A program made the position numbers and the translations under genes. Below the pieces are notes generated by a model. It made no database searches and had not been told where the DNA came from. It saw nothing but the letters and a program-made list of their open reading frames with translations. A stretch of 64,000 nucleotides of DNA from an uncultured virus (IMG/VR IMGVR_UViG_3300025778_000013). Lineage: Duplodnaviria; Heunggongvirae; Uroviricota; Caudoviricetes. Positions 9,416-20,300 of the stretch are shown here, piece after piece. Every line of letters starts with the position of its first letter. Position 1 is the stretch's first letter. Location of the stretch: IMG/VR virus record IMGVR_UViG_3300025778_000013. One strand, given 5' to 3'.

Positions 9416-9834
9416 ACTTTATTTTTTCTCTTCTAGGCGGTCTTGGTGTCCAAGCTTACATTTATATTGCTCTTGTACTTGGTTCCTTTGGTGCTGGTGT
9501 TTATGTGGAACATTTACGCTTTGCTGACTTCAAAAACGAGGTTGTTATTGCCACCAAGGCGCAAGAAGCCAAAAACGAATCAATCATCAAACAACAAGAC
9601 CTAGTAACTAAAGGAATCCAAAATGAGTATGAAACTAAGCTCTCTGCTGTTCGTAATTTTTATGCTGTCGGGGTGCGCAACCCCAGTAGCAGTTCAATGT
9701 CCGGCATTTCCCCAGCCCCCAAAGGAACTGATGCAGAAACCGCCTACCCAATACTTGCTGGACAATGCGCTGAAACCACGGCCCAACTAACATCGCTCCA
9801 AGACTGGATTAATCAACAAGTAGGTATTAAATGA
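9412..9834 (+). CDS. i-spanin (Rz-like)
   Basis: N-terminal TM, coiled coil, C-terminal C...LQDWI; contains a nested lipoprotein gene. Confidence 0.8.
   Translation: MNFIFSLLGGLGVQAYIYIALVLGSFGAGVYVEHLRFADFKNEVVIATKAQEAKNESIIKQQDLVTKGIQNEYETKLSAVRNFYAVGVRNPSSSSMSGISPAPKGTDAETAYPILAGQCAETTAQLTSLQDWINQQVGIK
9623..9790 (+). CDS. o-spanin (Rz1-like) lipoprotein nested in i-spanin (+1 frame; not in ORF track)
   Basis: AAGGA RBS at 9611; MSMKLSSLLFVIFMLSGC lipobox followed by Pro-rich ATPVAVQCPAFPQPPKELMQKPP. Confidence 0.85.
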   Translation: MSMKLSSLLFVIFMLSGCATPVAVQCPAFPQPPKELMQKPPTQYLLDNALKPRPN

Positions 9835-10418
9835 CAGCTACGCAACTACAAGCACTAGGTATTGACCCTAAATGGGATGTCCCTCTAAACCAGGTTTTTG
9901 TTAAATATGATATCAACACACCTAAGCGTCAAGCAGCGTTTATTGGTCAGTGTGCTCATGAGTCTAATAATTTTAAGGTGCTACAAGAAAACCTTAACTA
10001 CAGTGCCGAAGGACTAATGAAGACTTGGCCTAGCCGTTTTCCTACTTTAGAAATAGCCAATCAATATGCACGGCAACCTGCCAAAATTGCAGGAAAGGTA
10101 TATAACGGACGCATGGGTAACACTTCTGAAGAAGAGGCTTCTAAGTATTTTGGAAGAGGTTTGATTCAACTAACTGGCAAGGAAAACTATGACAACTGTG
10201 GAAAAGCAATTGGCATTGACCTTATTAATCAACCACAGCTTCTGGCTGAGCCTATGTATGCTTGTATGTCTGCGGGGTGGTTCTGGAACAAAAAAGGACT
10301 AAACGACTTGGCGGATGCGGGTGATTATGAGACAATGACAAAACGCATTAACGGCGGTTTAATTGGCCTAGATGACCGCAAAACTAAAATTCTAAAGGCG
10401 CTATCCGTATTAGGGTAA
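9831..10418 (+). CDS. endolysin, glycoside hydrolase family 19
   Basis: AAFIGQCAHES, ENLNYS, GRGLIQLTGKENY, TKRINGG. Confidence 0.93.
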   Translation: MTATQLQALGIDPKWDVPLNQVFVKYDINTPKRQAAFIGQCAHESNNFKVLQENLNYSAEGLMKTWPSRFPTLEIANQYARQPAKIAGKVYNGRMGNTSEEEASKYFGRGLIQLTGKENYDNCGKAIGIDLINQPQLLAEPMYACMSAGWFWNKKGLNDLADAGDYETMTKRINGGLIGLDDRKTKILKALSVLG

Positions 10419-10424
10419 ACCACT

Positions 10425-12584
10425 ATGCCATTACAAAAACTACAACTTCGCCCCGGACTTAACCGTGAGGGTACTGACTATGCTAACGAAGGCGGTTGGT
10501 ATGATGGCGACAAAGTTCGTTTTCGTTCTGGCTTTCCTGAAAAGTTGGGTGGTTGGGTTCGTTTAAGTACGGCTACATTTTTAGGTGTTGCTCGCTCATT
10601 ATGGAACTGGGCTACGCTAAATGGCTCTAACTTGCTAGGGGTTGGCACCAATTTAAAATACTATATTGAAAACGGCGGTGTATATAACGACATTACTCCT
10701 ATTGTAGAAAACTCAAACTATACCAATGCCTTATCTACTGGTTTTACTACTTTAGCTGCTAACCTAAGTTCAAACGCAACTACATTTTCTTTTACTAATG
10801 CGCTACACTTTCCAGAACAAAACGGTATTGTAAAAATTGATTCTGAACAAATCTTTTATTCGACCCAAAGTGGAAACGTAGCTACTGGCTGTATTCGTGG
10901 TTATAACAATACTACGGCAGCCTCCCATACTTCTGGCGCTAATATTGCCAGCGCTTTCTTTAGCTGGTATGACTCTAATAACGATGCTAATAACGGCGAC
11001 TTTATTATTATTTCTAACTGCTCCGTAACATCTGTAGGTGGTATTGCAAACACGACTATTAACGGGGAACACCAGACATTTAAATATACCCCCAATAATG
11101 ATTACGTATTGGCTACTACGGCAGATAACAACCTTGCCAATATTACTTTTACCACTTCTCAAGTTAGCAATACAGCAAATATAAGTGTAGCTTACGAATA
11201 CCCTGTAGGTCTTTCTGTTTACTCAATAGGTAACGGTTGGGGTGCAGGTCCTTGGAGTCGTGGTGGTTGGGGTTCTGCATACAATACTGGTACTGGTGTG
11301 GGTCAGCAATTACGTCTTTGGTCTAATGATAACTATGGACAGGACCTTGTTTTAGCGCCTCGTGGCGGTCCTATATTCTATTGGCAAGCTGCTAACGGTG
11401 TAGGTAACCGTGCTAAGTATTTATCAGACCTATCAAACACAGCATCTTTTAGTGGACAGTTTGTACCGACTTCAACCAACGCAGTTGTGGCTTCAGCTAT
11501 CCAGCGCTTTGTAATTGCTTTTGGCGCTAACTCGTACGATGCTTCAAACCCAAATACTACTTTTGACCCAATGTTAGTTCGTTGGTCAGACCAAGAAAAT
11601 GCGTTCCAATGGGTACCTTCAGTAACCAACCAAGCTGGTGAGTTCCGCTTAACTAACGGCTCATATATCATGACCGCAAGGGCAACCCGCCAAGAGATTC
11701 TAGTTTGGACAGATTCAGCGCTGTATTCTATGCAGTATTTAGGATCGCCGTTTGTTTGGGGCTTTAACATCTTGATGGACAACATTACCATCATGTCCCC
11801 TAACTGCGCTATTACTATTAACAACATTACTTACTGGATGGGTCTGGATAAGTTCTATATGTATTCTGGTCGTGTAGAAACCTTACCTTGCGCCCTGCGT
11901 CAGTACATTTTTGATGATATTAATAAAGACCAAGCATGGCAGGTTACTTGCGGAAGCAACGAAGGATATAACGAAATCTGGTGGTTCTATGTTAGCCAGT
12001 CCAGCAAAAATACTGTAATTGATAAGTACGTTGTCTATAACTATGCCGACCGTGTTTGGTACTATGGCTCTATAAACCGCACTGCATGGTTAGATACTGG
12101 TATTCGCCAAAACCCAATGGGTGCTTTCCAAACTGGTGTAGATTCTGTAGGAAACCCAATGGGTCGTATTCTTTACCATGAAGTTGGTACTGATGATGTA
12201 TCAGGATTAACGGCGTTACCAATCGTCTCGTATGTGCAATCTTCTGACTTTGATATCGGAGATGGTGAGCATTTTAGTTCTGTATGGCGCATGTTGCCTG
12301 ACGTAAACTTTAACGGCTCTAATGTTAATAATCCATCAGTAACAATGACTTTGTTACCCCGCCAAAACTCAGGTACTGCTTATAACAATGCTACAGTTAC
12401 AACAACTACTAGCGGACAAGACTATTCTCAATACCCAGAATATACGATTCAACAGTTTACTGGTCAGGTTTATACCCGCCTACGTGGTCGTCAAATGGCT
12501 ATGGTAATTGCTTCTAGCGGGTTAGGTGTGGCTTGGCAGCTAGGTACTCCTCGTATTGATGTTAAACCTGATGGACGCAGATAA
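10425..12584 (+). CDS. tail/head-closure stabilisation protein (P22 gp10-like)
   Basis: 719 aa; VRFRSGFPEKLGGW, VRWSDQE, C-terminal LGTPRIDVKPDGRR. Confidence 0.7.
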   Translation: MPLQKLQLRPGLNREGTDYANEGGWYDGDKVRFRSGFPEKLGGWVRLSTATFLGVARSLWNWATLNGSNLLGVGTNLKYYIENGGVYNDITPIVENSNYTNALSTGFTTLAANLSSNATTFSFTNALHFPEQNGIVKIDSEQIFYSTQSGNVATGCIRGYNNTTAASHTSGANIASAFFSWYDSNNDANNGDFIIISNCSVTSVGGIANTTINGEHQTFKYTPNNDYVLATTADNNLANITFTTSQVSNTANISVAYEYPVGLSVYSIGNGWGAGPWSRGGWGSAYNTGTGVGQQLRLWSNDNYGQDLVLAPRGGPIFYWQAANGVGNRAKYLSDLSNTASFSGQFVPTSTNAVVASAIQRFVIAFGANSYDASNPNTTFDPMLVRWSDQENAFQWVPSVTNQAGEFRLTNGSYIMTARATRQEILVWTDSALYSMQYLGSPFVWGFNILMDNITIMSPNCAITINNITYWMGLDKFYMYSGRVETLPCALRQYIFDDINKDQAWQVTCGSNEGYNEIWWFYVSQSSKNTVIDKYVVYNYADRVWYYGSINRTAWLDTGIRQNPMGAFQTGVDSVGNPMGRILYHEVGTDDVSGLTALPIVSYVQSSDFDIGDGEHFSSVWRMLPDVNFNGSNVNNPSVTMTLLPRQNSGTAYNNATVTTTTSGQDYSQYPEYTIQQFTGQVYTRLRGRQMAMVIASSGLGVAWQLGTPRIDVKPDGRR

Positions 12585-12904
12585 TGAGTACGGGTACTAC
12601 TAAATCACCTAACTTACTGGTTGCCCCTGCCAAGTACGATAAAACGTACCAAGACCAGCTTAATAACACCCTGCGTCTTTATTTTGCACAGCTAGATAAC
12701 CCTGGCCCATCAGCAATGTCTTCTAAATTTACTCAGGTAAATGGACAGACCCAAATCGTTTCGGCACTCAATTTTAGCCAAGCAAATGCTACTGGAGTAC
12801 AGGTTTTGAGCTTACCGACCCAAGCCAATATATCTAGTTTGCGGGTTGGCGACGTTTATGTGGATACAAGTAATGCAAATGTATTGAAAGTTAAGGTTAG
12901 TTAG
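12584..12904 (+). CDS. small structural protein
   Basis: YQDQLNNTLRLYFAQLD; coupled to upstream gene. Confidence 0.55.
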   Translation: MSTGTTKSPNLLVAPAKYDKTYQDQLNNTLRLYFAQLDNPGPSAMSSKFTQVNGQTQIVSALNFSQANATGVQVLSLPTQANISSLRVGDVYVDTSNANVLKVKVS

Positions 12905-12905
12905 A

Positions 12906-12914
12906 TGGTAAAAT
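12906..12914 (+). promoter_or_regulatory. extended -10 promoter element upstream of ejection genes
   Basis: TGGTAAAAT in the intergenic gap. Confidence 0.4.
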
Positions 12915-12942
12915 CAGGTAAATTCGTCTTTAAGGTGGCTCT

Positions 12943-14223
12943 ATGGGCTTAAATTATCCAATGCAACAAGCTGAACAAGGTATGGGAATTGACCAACTAG
13001 GTGCCCAGAATACTATGTTTCCGCAAAGCCAAATGGTAAGAAGCTACTATTCTAGCCCATCTCAACAACCTACAGGCGCAGTAATGCCTAACCAAAGCAG
13101 CCCAGTTCAACGTTTTGATGACGGTGGCGACGTTTCTGCAGCCCCTACTGACCCTACTTTTGGTAATCCAGATTTAGCTAATCTAGTTAGTATTGACCCT
13201 GCTACTGCACAACAATTAAATGCCTTAAAAGCTAGCAATCCAAAAGCTTATAACGACCAGCTAATGAACGCTGTAGCAAACCAGCTAACCTCTAACTATA
13301 GAACAAATACCAACTACGATGCGGTAGGTAAACAATTTAACGCCTTGCAATCTGCAGACCCACAACAATGGTATAGAAACCAACTTGCATTTTTAGGTAA
13401 TCAAGTAGGTTGGCAACAAGGTCAAAACACTTCTGGCAATATTTCCAAAATCCAGCCACAGATAGATCAAACAATTGCTGATGCACAAAAAGCTGGTCTT
13501 ACCCCAGATGAAATAAACTCTATTATGAGTGGTAGTACTAGGCAAGCAAACCTTACAAACCAACAACGTATTGCTAATGAAGCAGCGTCGGGTGGTGGTA
13601 TGTTTAGTGGTATAGCGGGTTTAGCAATGCCAGCGGCAGATTTAGTAGCGCTTGGTACAGGGCAAGCTTGGGCACTACCTTTTATTAACGCAGGTATTTC
13701 CGCAGCAAACGGCGCAGACCCAACTAAAATTGCGGAGACTGCGGCACTTAGTTATGCACTACCAGAAATTGCCCAAGGCTTACCAACAGATGTAGCACAA
13801 GGGTTACAAGGTTTTAATACAGCTAAAAACATATATGCGGCAACACAAAATCCAAATAATATAGGCGCTGATATTAACGCAGCTAAAGGGATCACTACCT
13901 TGACTGCTGCACAAGGCGGACTTATGTCGGGGGGTGGTATTTCTAATTTAGGTTCATATTCTGATGGCGGTAGACTTTTAAAAGGTCCCGGAGATGGTAT
14001 GAGTGACCACATCCCAGCTAAAATAGGTAAGCACCAGCCTGCTCGTTTGGCTGACGGAGAATTTGTAATTCCTGCAGACGTTGTAAGTCATCTAGGTAAT
14101 GGCTCGACAGATGCAGGGGCTAAAGTTTTATACAAAATGTTGGATCGTATTCGTAAGGCTCGTACAGGTAATCCTAAACAGGGCAAACAAATCAATCCTA
14201 ATAAATTTATACCAAAAGGATAA
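12943..14223 (+). CDS. internal virion/ejection protein
   Basis: Q/A/G-rich; C-terminal GPGDGMSDHIPA...RLADGEFVIPADVVS...GAKVLY domain. Confidence 0.65.
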   Translation: MGLNYPMQQAEQGMGIDQLGAQNTMFPQSQMVRSYYSSPSQQPTGAVMPNQSSPVQRFDDGGDVSAAPTDPTFGNPDLANLVSIDPATAQQLNALKASNPKAYNDQLMNAVANQLTSNYRTNTNYDAVGKQFNALQSADPQQWYRNQLAFLGNQVGWQQGQNTSGNISKIQPQIDQTIADAQKAGLTPDEINSIMSGSTRQANLTNQQRIANEAASGGGMFSGIAGLAMPAADLVALGTGQAWALPFINAGISAANGADPTKIAETAALSYALPEIAQGLPTDVAQGLQGFNTAKNIYAATQNPNNIGADINAAKGITTLTAAQGGLMSGGGISNLGSYSDGGRLLKGPGDGMSDHIPAKIGKHQPARLADGEFVIPADVVSHLGNGSTDAGAKVLYKMLDRIRKARTGNPKQGKQINPNKFIPKG

Positions 14224-14226
14224 GTC

Positions 14227-15306
14227 ATGGGACTCTTTGACGCACAAGGGATTACTTCTACCCCACAATCAGCATCAAACGTAACTTCGGGAATTGCGAC
14301 TTGGGCGCAACCGTACATAAATAATTATCTAACCCAAGCGCAGAATTTAGCTGGTACCGGTGGCGCTGGTCCAAACGCATTGATGCAGCAATCATATACA
14401 AACGCTGCTAATATGCAAACCCCCGGTCAGTTTGGGCAAGCTACAAACTTATTTAATCAGACAGGCTCAGCGGCGCAACAAGTAGGTCAAAACTATGCAA
14501 ACCAAGCTACTAACCCTAATGCGGTTGGTGCTTACATGAACCCCTACATCCAACAATCGCTTGCTCCACAGTTGGCACTATTAAACCAACAACAAGCATT
14601 GCAGGGTCAACAAATTCAAAGTCAAGCTACTGGCGCAGGTGCGTTCGGTGGTAATCGTGAAGCACTAGCACAAGGCTTAAATGCGCAAAACTATGGTCTA
14701 GCTGAACAACAAGCTATAGGCCAAGGATATAACACTGCGTACAATAACGCTATTCAAAACATGCAGTATGGTGCTAACTTAGGTTTACAAGGCTTAAATA
14801 CAGCAAACCAAGCTGCTTCCGGTCTGGCTGGTACAGGCGCTGCGCAAAATACAGCGAATTTAGGTATTGCTAATCTACAAAATACTTTAGGCCAACAGCA
14901 GTACAACTTGCCTTACCAAAACCTACAATTCTTGCAAGGCATGATGAGTGGTCTACCATACACTACCCAACAAACTCAAGGCTACCAAGCAGCTCCAAAT
15001 ACTTTATCTCAAGTTGCTGGCTTAGGTACTTCTTTAGCTGGAGCATATGGTTTGTACAACAACCTAACTAAAGGTAATAACCCATCAACACCTACAACAC
15101 CGGTAAATACTACTAGCACCACAGATACTTCCGGTAACAGTACACTTAGCCTTAACAACGGTAATGGTTCAATAAGTACATCTATGCCTATTAGCGACCA
15201 ATACGACAATATAACGCTATCTGCTAAAGGCGGTCGAATCAAAGAAAAGAAATATGCAGGTGGTGGCTTAGTTTCTCTTGCAATTAAAAATGCAATGAAA
15301 GGTTAA
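14227..15306 (+). CDS. DNA ejection/pilot protein
   Basis: Q/A/N/G-rich helical protein; YMNPY, GAGAFGG motifs. Confidence 0.65.
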   Translation: MGLFDAQGITSTPQSASNVTSGIATWAQPYINNYLTQAQNLAGTGGAGPNALMQQSYTNAANMQTPGQFGQATNLFNQTGSAAQQVGQNYANQATNPNAVGAYMNPYIQQSLAPQLALLNQQQALQGQQIQSQATGAGAFGGNREALAQGLNAQNYGLAEQQAIGQGYNTAYNNAIQNMQYGANLGLQGLNTANQAASGLAGTGAAQNTANLGIANLQNTLGQQQYNLPYQNLQFLQGMMSGLPYTTQQTQGYQAAPNTLSQVAGLGTSLAGAYGLYNNLTKGNNPSTPTTPVNTTSTTDTSGNSTLSLNNGNGSISTSMPISDQYDNITLSAKGGRIKEKKYAGGGLVSLAIKNAMKG

Positions 15307-15307
15307 T

Positions 15308-17392
15308 ATGTACGGAGACTACTTTAGCAGAATGGCTGGAGCCGAAAAAGAATCTTCAGAGCAACAACAACAATCCGTACAAAATGGAGTCTTAACTCCA
15401 AACATGGCTCAAGACGCAAGTCAAAGCCAACCTAAAGCTATGCCACAAGGACAACCATCCTCAGGCCCGATTGCACAAGGAATACTGCAAGATGCAGACC
15501 AAACTACAGGTTCTACAGATGATCTGATGGCGCAAATTAATCAGCTACAGGTAGAAATTCCCCAACTAAAAGCCGACATCCAATCAGGTAAATTACAGGC
15601 TTATGAGGGTATTCCCTTACTAAAAGATAAAGTTGATACATTAAAACAACTTCAAGCACAGCTTAATCCCCCAGTAGCTTTAGCTGGAATGGCTAGCAAC
15701 TTACCACAACAATACGCAGAAGGTGGAATTATTGCTTTTGCAGGTAATAATGGTAGCTACGTCGATGATGAAGAAGATGACGATGAAATCGGCTATGGTG
15801 GAATGAGTAAGCAAGAAGAAGCGCTGATGGCACGGTACCTAGATCAAATCCAAGGTCAAGGCGAAGCTATGCCAGAAGGTATTGCGGCATTGGAACCACA
15901 GAAAGAATCTACATCAGTAGGGTTTAACCCTGAAAAAAAAGGTGCTTCAGAAGGCATCCAATATACATCTAAGAAGCACAAGTACGAAGGCGACATTCGT
16001 GAAGCTGCTCGTAAAGCTGGTATTCCAGAAGAGTTATTCTTACATATGATCGCTAAAGAAACTGGTGGTCTATCTAATCCAGAATCAGCCCGTTCAAAAG
16101 CAGGTGCTTTAGGTATTGCTCAGTTCATGCCAGCTACTGCCAAACAATACGGTATTGATCCATTAGATATGAGTCAAGCACTTCCTGCCGCTGCGAAGAT
16201 GACTAAGAGTTTGTTAAAGCACTATGACGGAGATCAAGGTCTTGCTGCTATGGCTTACAACTGGGGTCAAGGCAACGTAGATAAATGGTTAGCGAGCGGA
16301 GCAGATCCAGCCAAGCTACCTAAAGAAACTGCTAACTATATCCGTGCAGCTGAAGGCGGTCTAATGAAACTTGCCGCTGGTGGTGTTATTGCGTTTGATG
16401 GTGGTGGTGGTGTAGATGAACAAACTAAAAAAGACAGAGAAGACTTTATGATGGGTCTTAAGAAGCTTGGTGCTTCCGCTGCAGACGTAGTTACTTTACC
16501 TATTCGTGGAGTTATGGGCGCAGCTAATACTGGTATTCGTGGTATTAGGGCTGCTGGTTTAAATGTTCCATATATTCCTGAAGAAGCTTTTGGCGGCTCT
16601 TCCTCCAGCATGACTCCATATTATGACCGTCTTGTACGAGCACCAGAACAGCAAGCAGAACAACAAACTACTGCTCAACCAGTAAGTAGCATTATGGGAA
16701 GCAAATTCCAAGGCGATCAGTTCCAGTTACCCGAAAAACCAAAAACAAATACTGAGATTGATAACCAGTTAGAAGAATACCAAAAAGATAAAAATGCTTC
16801 TGATGAGGAAATGTCTTCCTTACGTGATATGTTAAGAGAGCGCCAAACCAGCGCTAAGAATCAAAAAGAAATTGATGCGTATATGGCATTATTGCAAGCG
16901 GGTCTTGGTATGATGGGCGGCACTTCTCCATACGCACTAGCCAATATTGGTAAAGGCGCATCTACTGGTATTGAAGCTGCATTGGCATCTCGTAAAAACC
17001 AAATTTCTGAAGAAAACGCTATCCTTGGCGGTCGTCTTGGTTTGGCTAAAGCAGAACTGTTTGAGAAGTCTAGACAAAATGCCCTTAAGCGCCAGATTGA
17101 TTTAGATAGACAAAACGCTATGTTTAAGAGTTTAACGCTTGAAAACCAAAAACGAGCATTAAATCAAAAAGAAGCTATGAATATAAGTAAAGCAGAAGAT
17201 GAACTTGCTAAAGCAGGTGAATTTGATAAGCTAGAAGCCGACTATGCCAGAATGCATGGTAAAAATTGGAAAGACGATGCTACGCATAAAGCTAATTTCG
17301 AAAAAGAAAAACGTGCCAAAATTAGAGACAAAGCTAGCGGTTATTCTGTAGACGCGCAATTAGGTATTCCTAGCTTTAATGATGTAAAATAA
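15308..17392 (+). CDS. internal virion protein with lytic transglycosylase (SLT) domain
   Basis: KETGG...SKAGALGIAQFMPATA...AYNWGQGNV...ETANY. Confidence 0.85.
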   Translation: MYGDYFSRMAGAEKESSEQQQQSVQNGVLTPNMAQDASQSQPKAMPQGQPSSGPIAQGILQDADQTTGSTDDLMAQINQLQVEIPQLKADIQSGKLQAYEGIPLLKDKVDTLKQLQAQLNPPVALAGMASNLPQQYAEGGIIAFAGNNGSYVDDEEDDDEIGYGGMSKQEEALMARYLDQIQGQGEAMPEGIAALEPQKESTSVGFNPEKKGASEGIQYTSKKHKYEGDIREAARKAGIPEELFLHMIAKETGGLSNPESARSKAGALGIAQFMPATAKQYGIDPLDMSQALPAAAKMTKSLLKHYDGDQGLAAMAYNWGQGNVDKWLASGADPAKLPKETANYIRAAEGGLMKLAAGGVIAFDGGGGVDEQTKKDREDFMMGLKKLGASAADVVTLPIRGVMGAANTGIRGIRAAGLNVPYIPEEAFGGSSSSMTPYYDRLVRAPEQQAEQQTTAQPVSSIMGSKFQGDQFQLPEKPKTNTEIDNQLEEYQKDKNASDEEMSSLRDMLRERQTSAKNQKEIDAYMALLQAGLGMMGGTSPYALANIGKGASTGIEAALASRKNQISEENAILGGRLGLAKAELFEKSRQNALKRQIDLDRQNAMFKSLTLENQKRALNQKEAMNISKAEDELAKAGEFDKLEADYARMHGKNWKDDATHKANFEKEKRAKIRDKASGYSVDAQLGIPSFNDVK

Positions 17393-17396
17393 CTTT

Positions 17397-20300
17397 ATGA
17401 TTATTGACTTACCTAAGTTAGGTCCGGTCAACTTTGATGATAACTTATCTCCTGAAGAGTACCAATCTCAGCTTGAGCACTTATCTAAGAAGTATGATTT
17501 TGAGATACCTAAATCTGAGTTAACCCTAGGGGAACAGGCCAGCCGTGCTTGGACTCGTGGTACTAAGCAGCTAGGATCTACATTTGGCGATATCATTCCT
17601 GCAATGGCTGCAAGTGCTGTTGGGGCTGATGAGTACGCTGCCAAACAAATGGCTGAAGCAAAAGCCACTCAAGAAGAATTAAACAAATACTATGCACCCC
17701 AATACGGAAAGCTATCCGATGTAAAAGGGATTAGTGATGTTCCTGGGTTTGTATTAGAGAATTTTGTAGAAAACATACCTAACCTACTTGTATCTTTAGT
17801 TCCTGGTGTAGGTGCAGAAGCAATTGCAGGTAGAGCCGCACTTAGCGGAGTTACAGAAAACCTATTAGCGCAAGCGGCAAAACAAGGTCTTAGCGAAGAA
17901 GCTACACAAGCCTATGTAGTAAATGGACTGCAACAAGCTGCTAAACAAGTAGCAGGTACTAAAAACCTTGCACAAAACGCTGGTGTGTTCCTAGGTTCTT
18001 ACGCACAAAATGCTCCTGAAGTATTCCAAAATATCTACGATAAAACCGGTCAAATGGAGACTGGTGCAGCTATGTTGTGGGGTACTGCCTCTGCAGCGTT
18101 AGATTCTATTCTTCCTGAACAAATACTTAAAAGCGTTACAGGTCCAGTTAAGGTAGGTATCGTAGAAAAGCTTTTAGAGAGATCTGGTATGGAGCCAGGT
18201 TTAGTTCGTTCTATTGCTTCTAACGTATTAAAAGATGCTGGATATGAAGGACTTACCGAAGGTGCACAAGAAGCTATTAGTATTTCTGCAGAAAAGTTTA
18301 TTGGTAATAACCCACAAGTATTTAATAGTGACGACTGGAACCGTATTATTGAAGCTGGTGTTCGTGGTTCGGTAGCTGGTGGTCCTTTAGGTGTGGCAAC
18401 TGGTGCGGCAGAGCATTTTAAAACTACCCCCGCATATACAGAAGCTTTAGATAAAGCTAAAGAAACAGGCAAACGCCAAGAGGTTGAAGCTCCAATCGGT
18501 ACTCAAGGTACAGGTATATTTTATGTTTATGCTGATGGTCGAGTAGCTACAAGCGAAGAAGCCGTTGATGTAGAAAACAAAGCACAAAAAGACCGTGCTA
18601 AAGCAGAAAATAACCAAGCAAGGCAAGCAGCTAAACGTCTTAAGACTTTCTTAAAAGCTAAACAAGCTAGCTTAGATTTACAACCCGCACCTCCAGCGGG
18701 TGGTGTAGAAACAACAGAACAACCAGATTTATTTGGTGCACCACCTACGCCTGAGCCAACTAAAGTAACAAAATTTGTACCTCCTACTGCCCAAACTTTA
18801 GGAACTGTCATAGGTACAGACAAACCATCATTAACATCTTTTGGTAAGGCTTTAGGTATTGGTCACTCGGCAGCCATACTAAGAGCTGATGGTCCGCTCG
18901 CTGGTAAAGATCTTTCTAATCCTGCTGACGCAGCGGAAGTAAAACGTATACTAGAAGCCTACGCAGAAGGCAAGCCAGCTGCAGGTGCAGTGGCAAAGAT
19001 TGAAGAATTTTTAAAACGTCCAGAATTTGCAGCACAACCAGAGGAGACACAAAATGGAATACGATCTGGACTTATCCCCGGAGCAAGTGAGCCTAGCGTT
19101 CCAAGTACTGGAGAAGCCGTACCAAATCAAGAACCTGCCGGAGGAGTTAGCGAACCTGTCGAGCAAGGAGTGGGAGTTTCTGGACAACCTGTTGAATCTG
19201 TTAATGGCGGAGAAGGAGCTGTCGAGCCTGCACTAGGTGTTAAAGAAGCTAAAGATTTAGCTAAAGCAGAAGCAGCAATAGAACCAGCCGTAGCAGAACA
19301 AAAAGCCCATGCAGCGGAGAATGACGCTCGCACGTTAGAGTATATGAAACGGGATTTACCCGAAGACTTAGATGTAGAAGACCTTGATAAAACAGATGCG
19401 TTTAAGTATTTACGTTTACCTAGCTTATTGCAAGAGTATTTCCGCCTTAGGGACGTGATAGCAAACAGCGATAAAAGCGAACGTACTGAACGTGCCCAAA
19501 TTAAAAAGAACGAAGCAGAGCGTGCGGCAATTAAAAAAGCTATTGTTAACTCTGATCCAAATGTAGCCAAGCTTTTATCTAATTTAGAAGAAAGCCCTCA
19601 ATATCTGCCCGGATTCCTAGAAAAACTAAATAAAGACGGTAGAGATTTGCTTGCTGGGGAAATAAAAACCCGTGTAGAAAAAGCTGCGCAAGAAAAAGAA
19701 AAAGCCGCTGCGGAAGCTAAAGAAGCTGTTGTAGACGAAACAATAGATAAAATACTAGAAAACAGAGTTGCACGGAAAGTATCTGCCAAGATTGCTGAAG
19801 CTGTAGATAAAGGCGATACCAAAGAAATCATTAATGAGATTATTAATGAGGCAGAGAATCCAGAAATAAAAGCCATCTTCGAAAAAGTCAAGAAGATGGG
19901 GCTAAAAACTAAAGTAACAAAAGGTAAGGTTACTCGCAAAAAAGGTACGTTAGGTGCAGAATCTGATATTGGTGTTTATGATCCAGCTACCGATACAATT
20001 ACGCTTGATCCCGATTTGGGACTAACAACCCACAACGTAGCCCACGAATTAATGCATGCTGCAATCTCGCATGTGTTGCGCAACCCTAACCACCCTTTAA
20101 CTAAGCAGCTAACTGCTATTTATGAAGCTACATACAACCAGCTAGGTAGTGCATATGGTGCTAGAGATATTCAAGAATTTGCCGCTGAGTTGGCAGGCAA
20201 TCCACAGTTTAGATCTGCCTTGCAAAGAATTAAAGCCCCTAAAAGCGGTAACATGTTGCAACGTATTATCAGCCATATTGCTGAGTTCTTTGGTTTCCGT

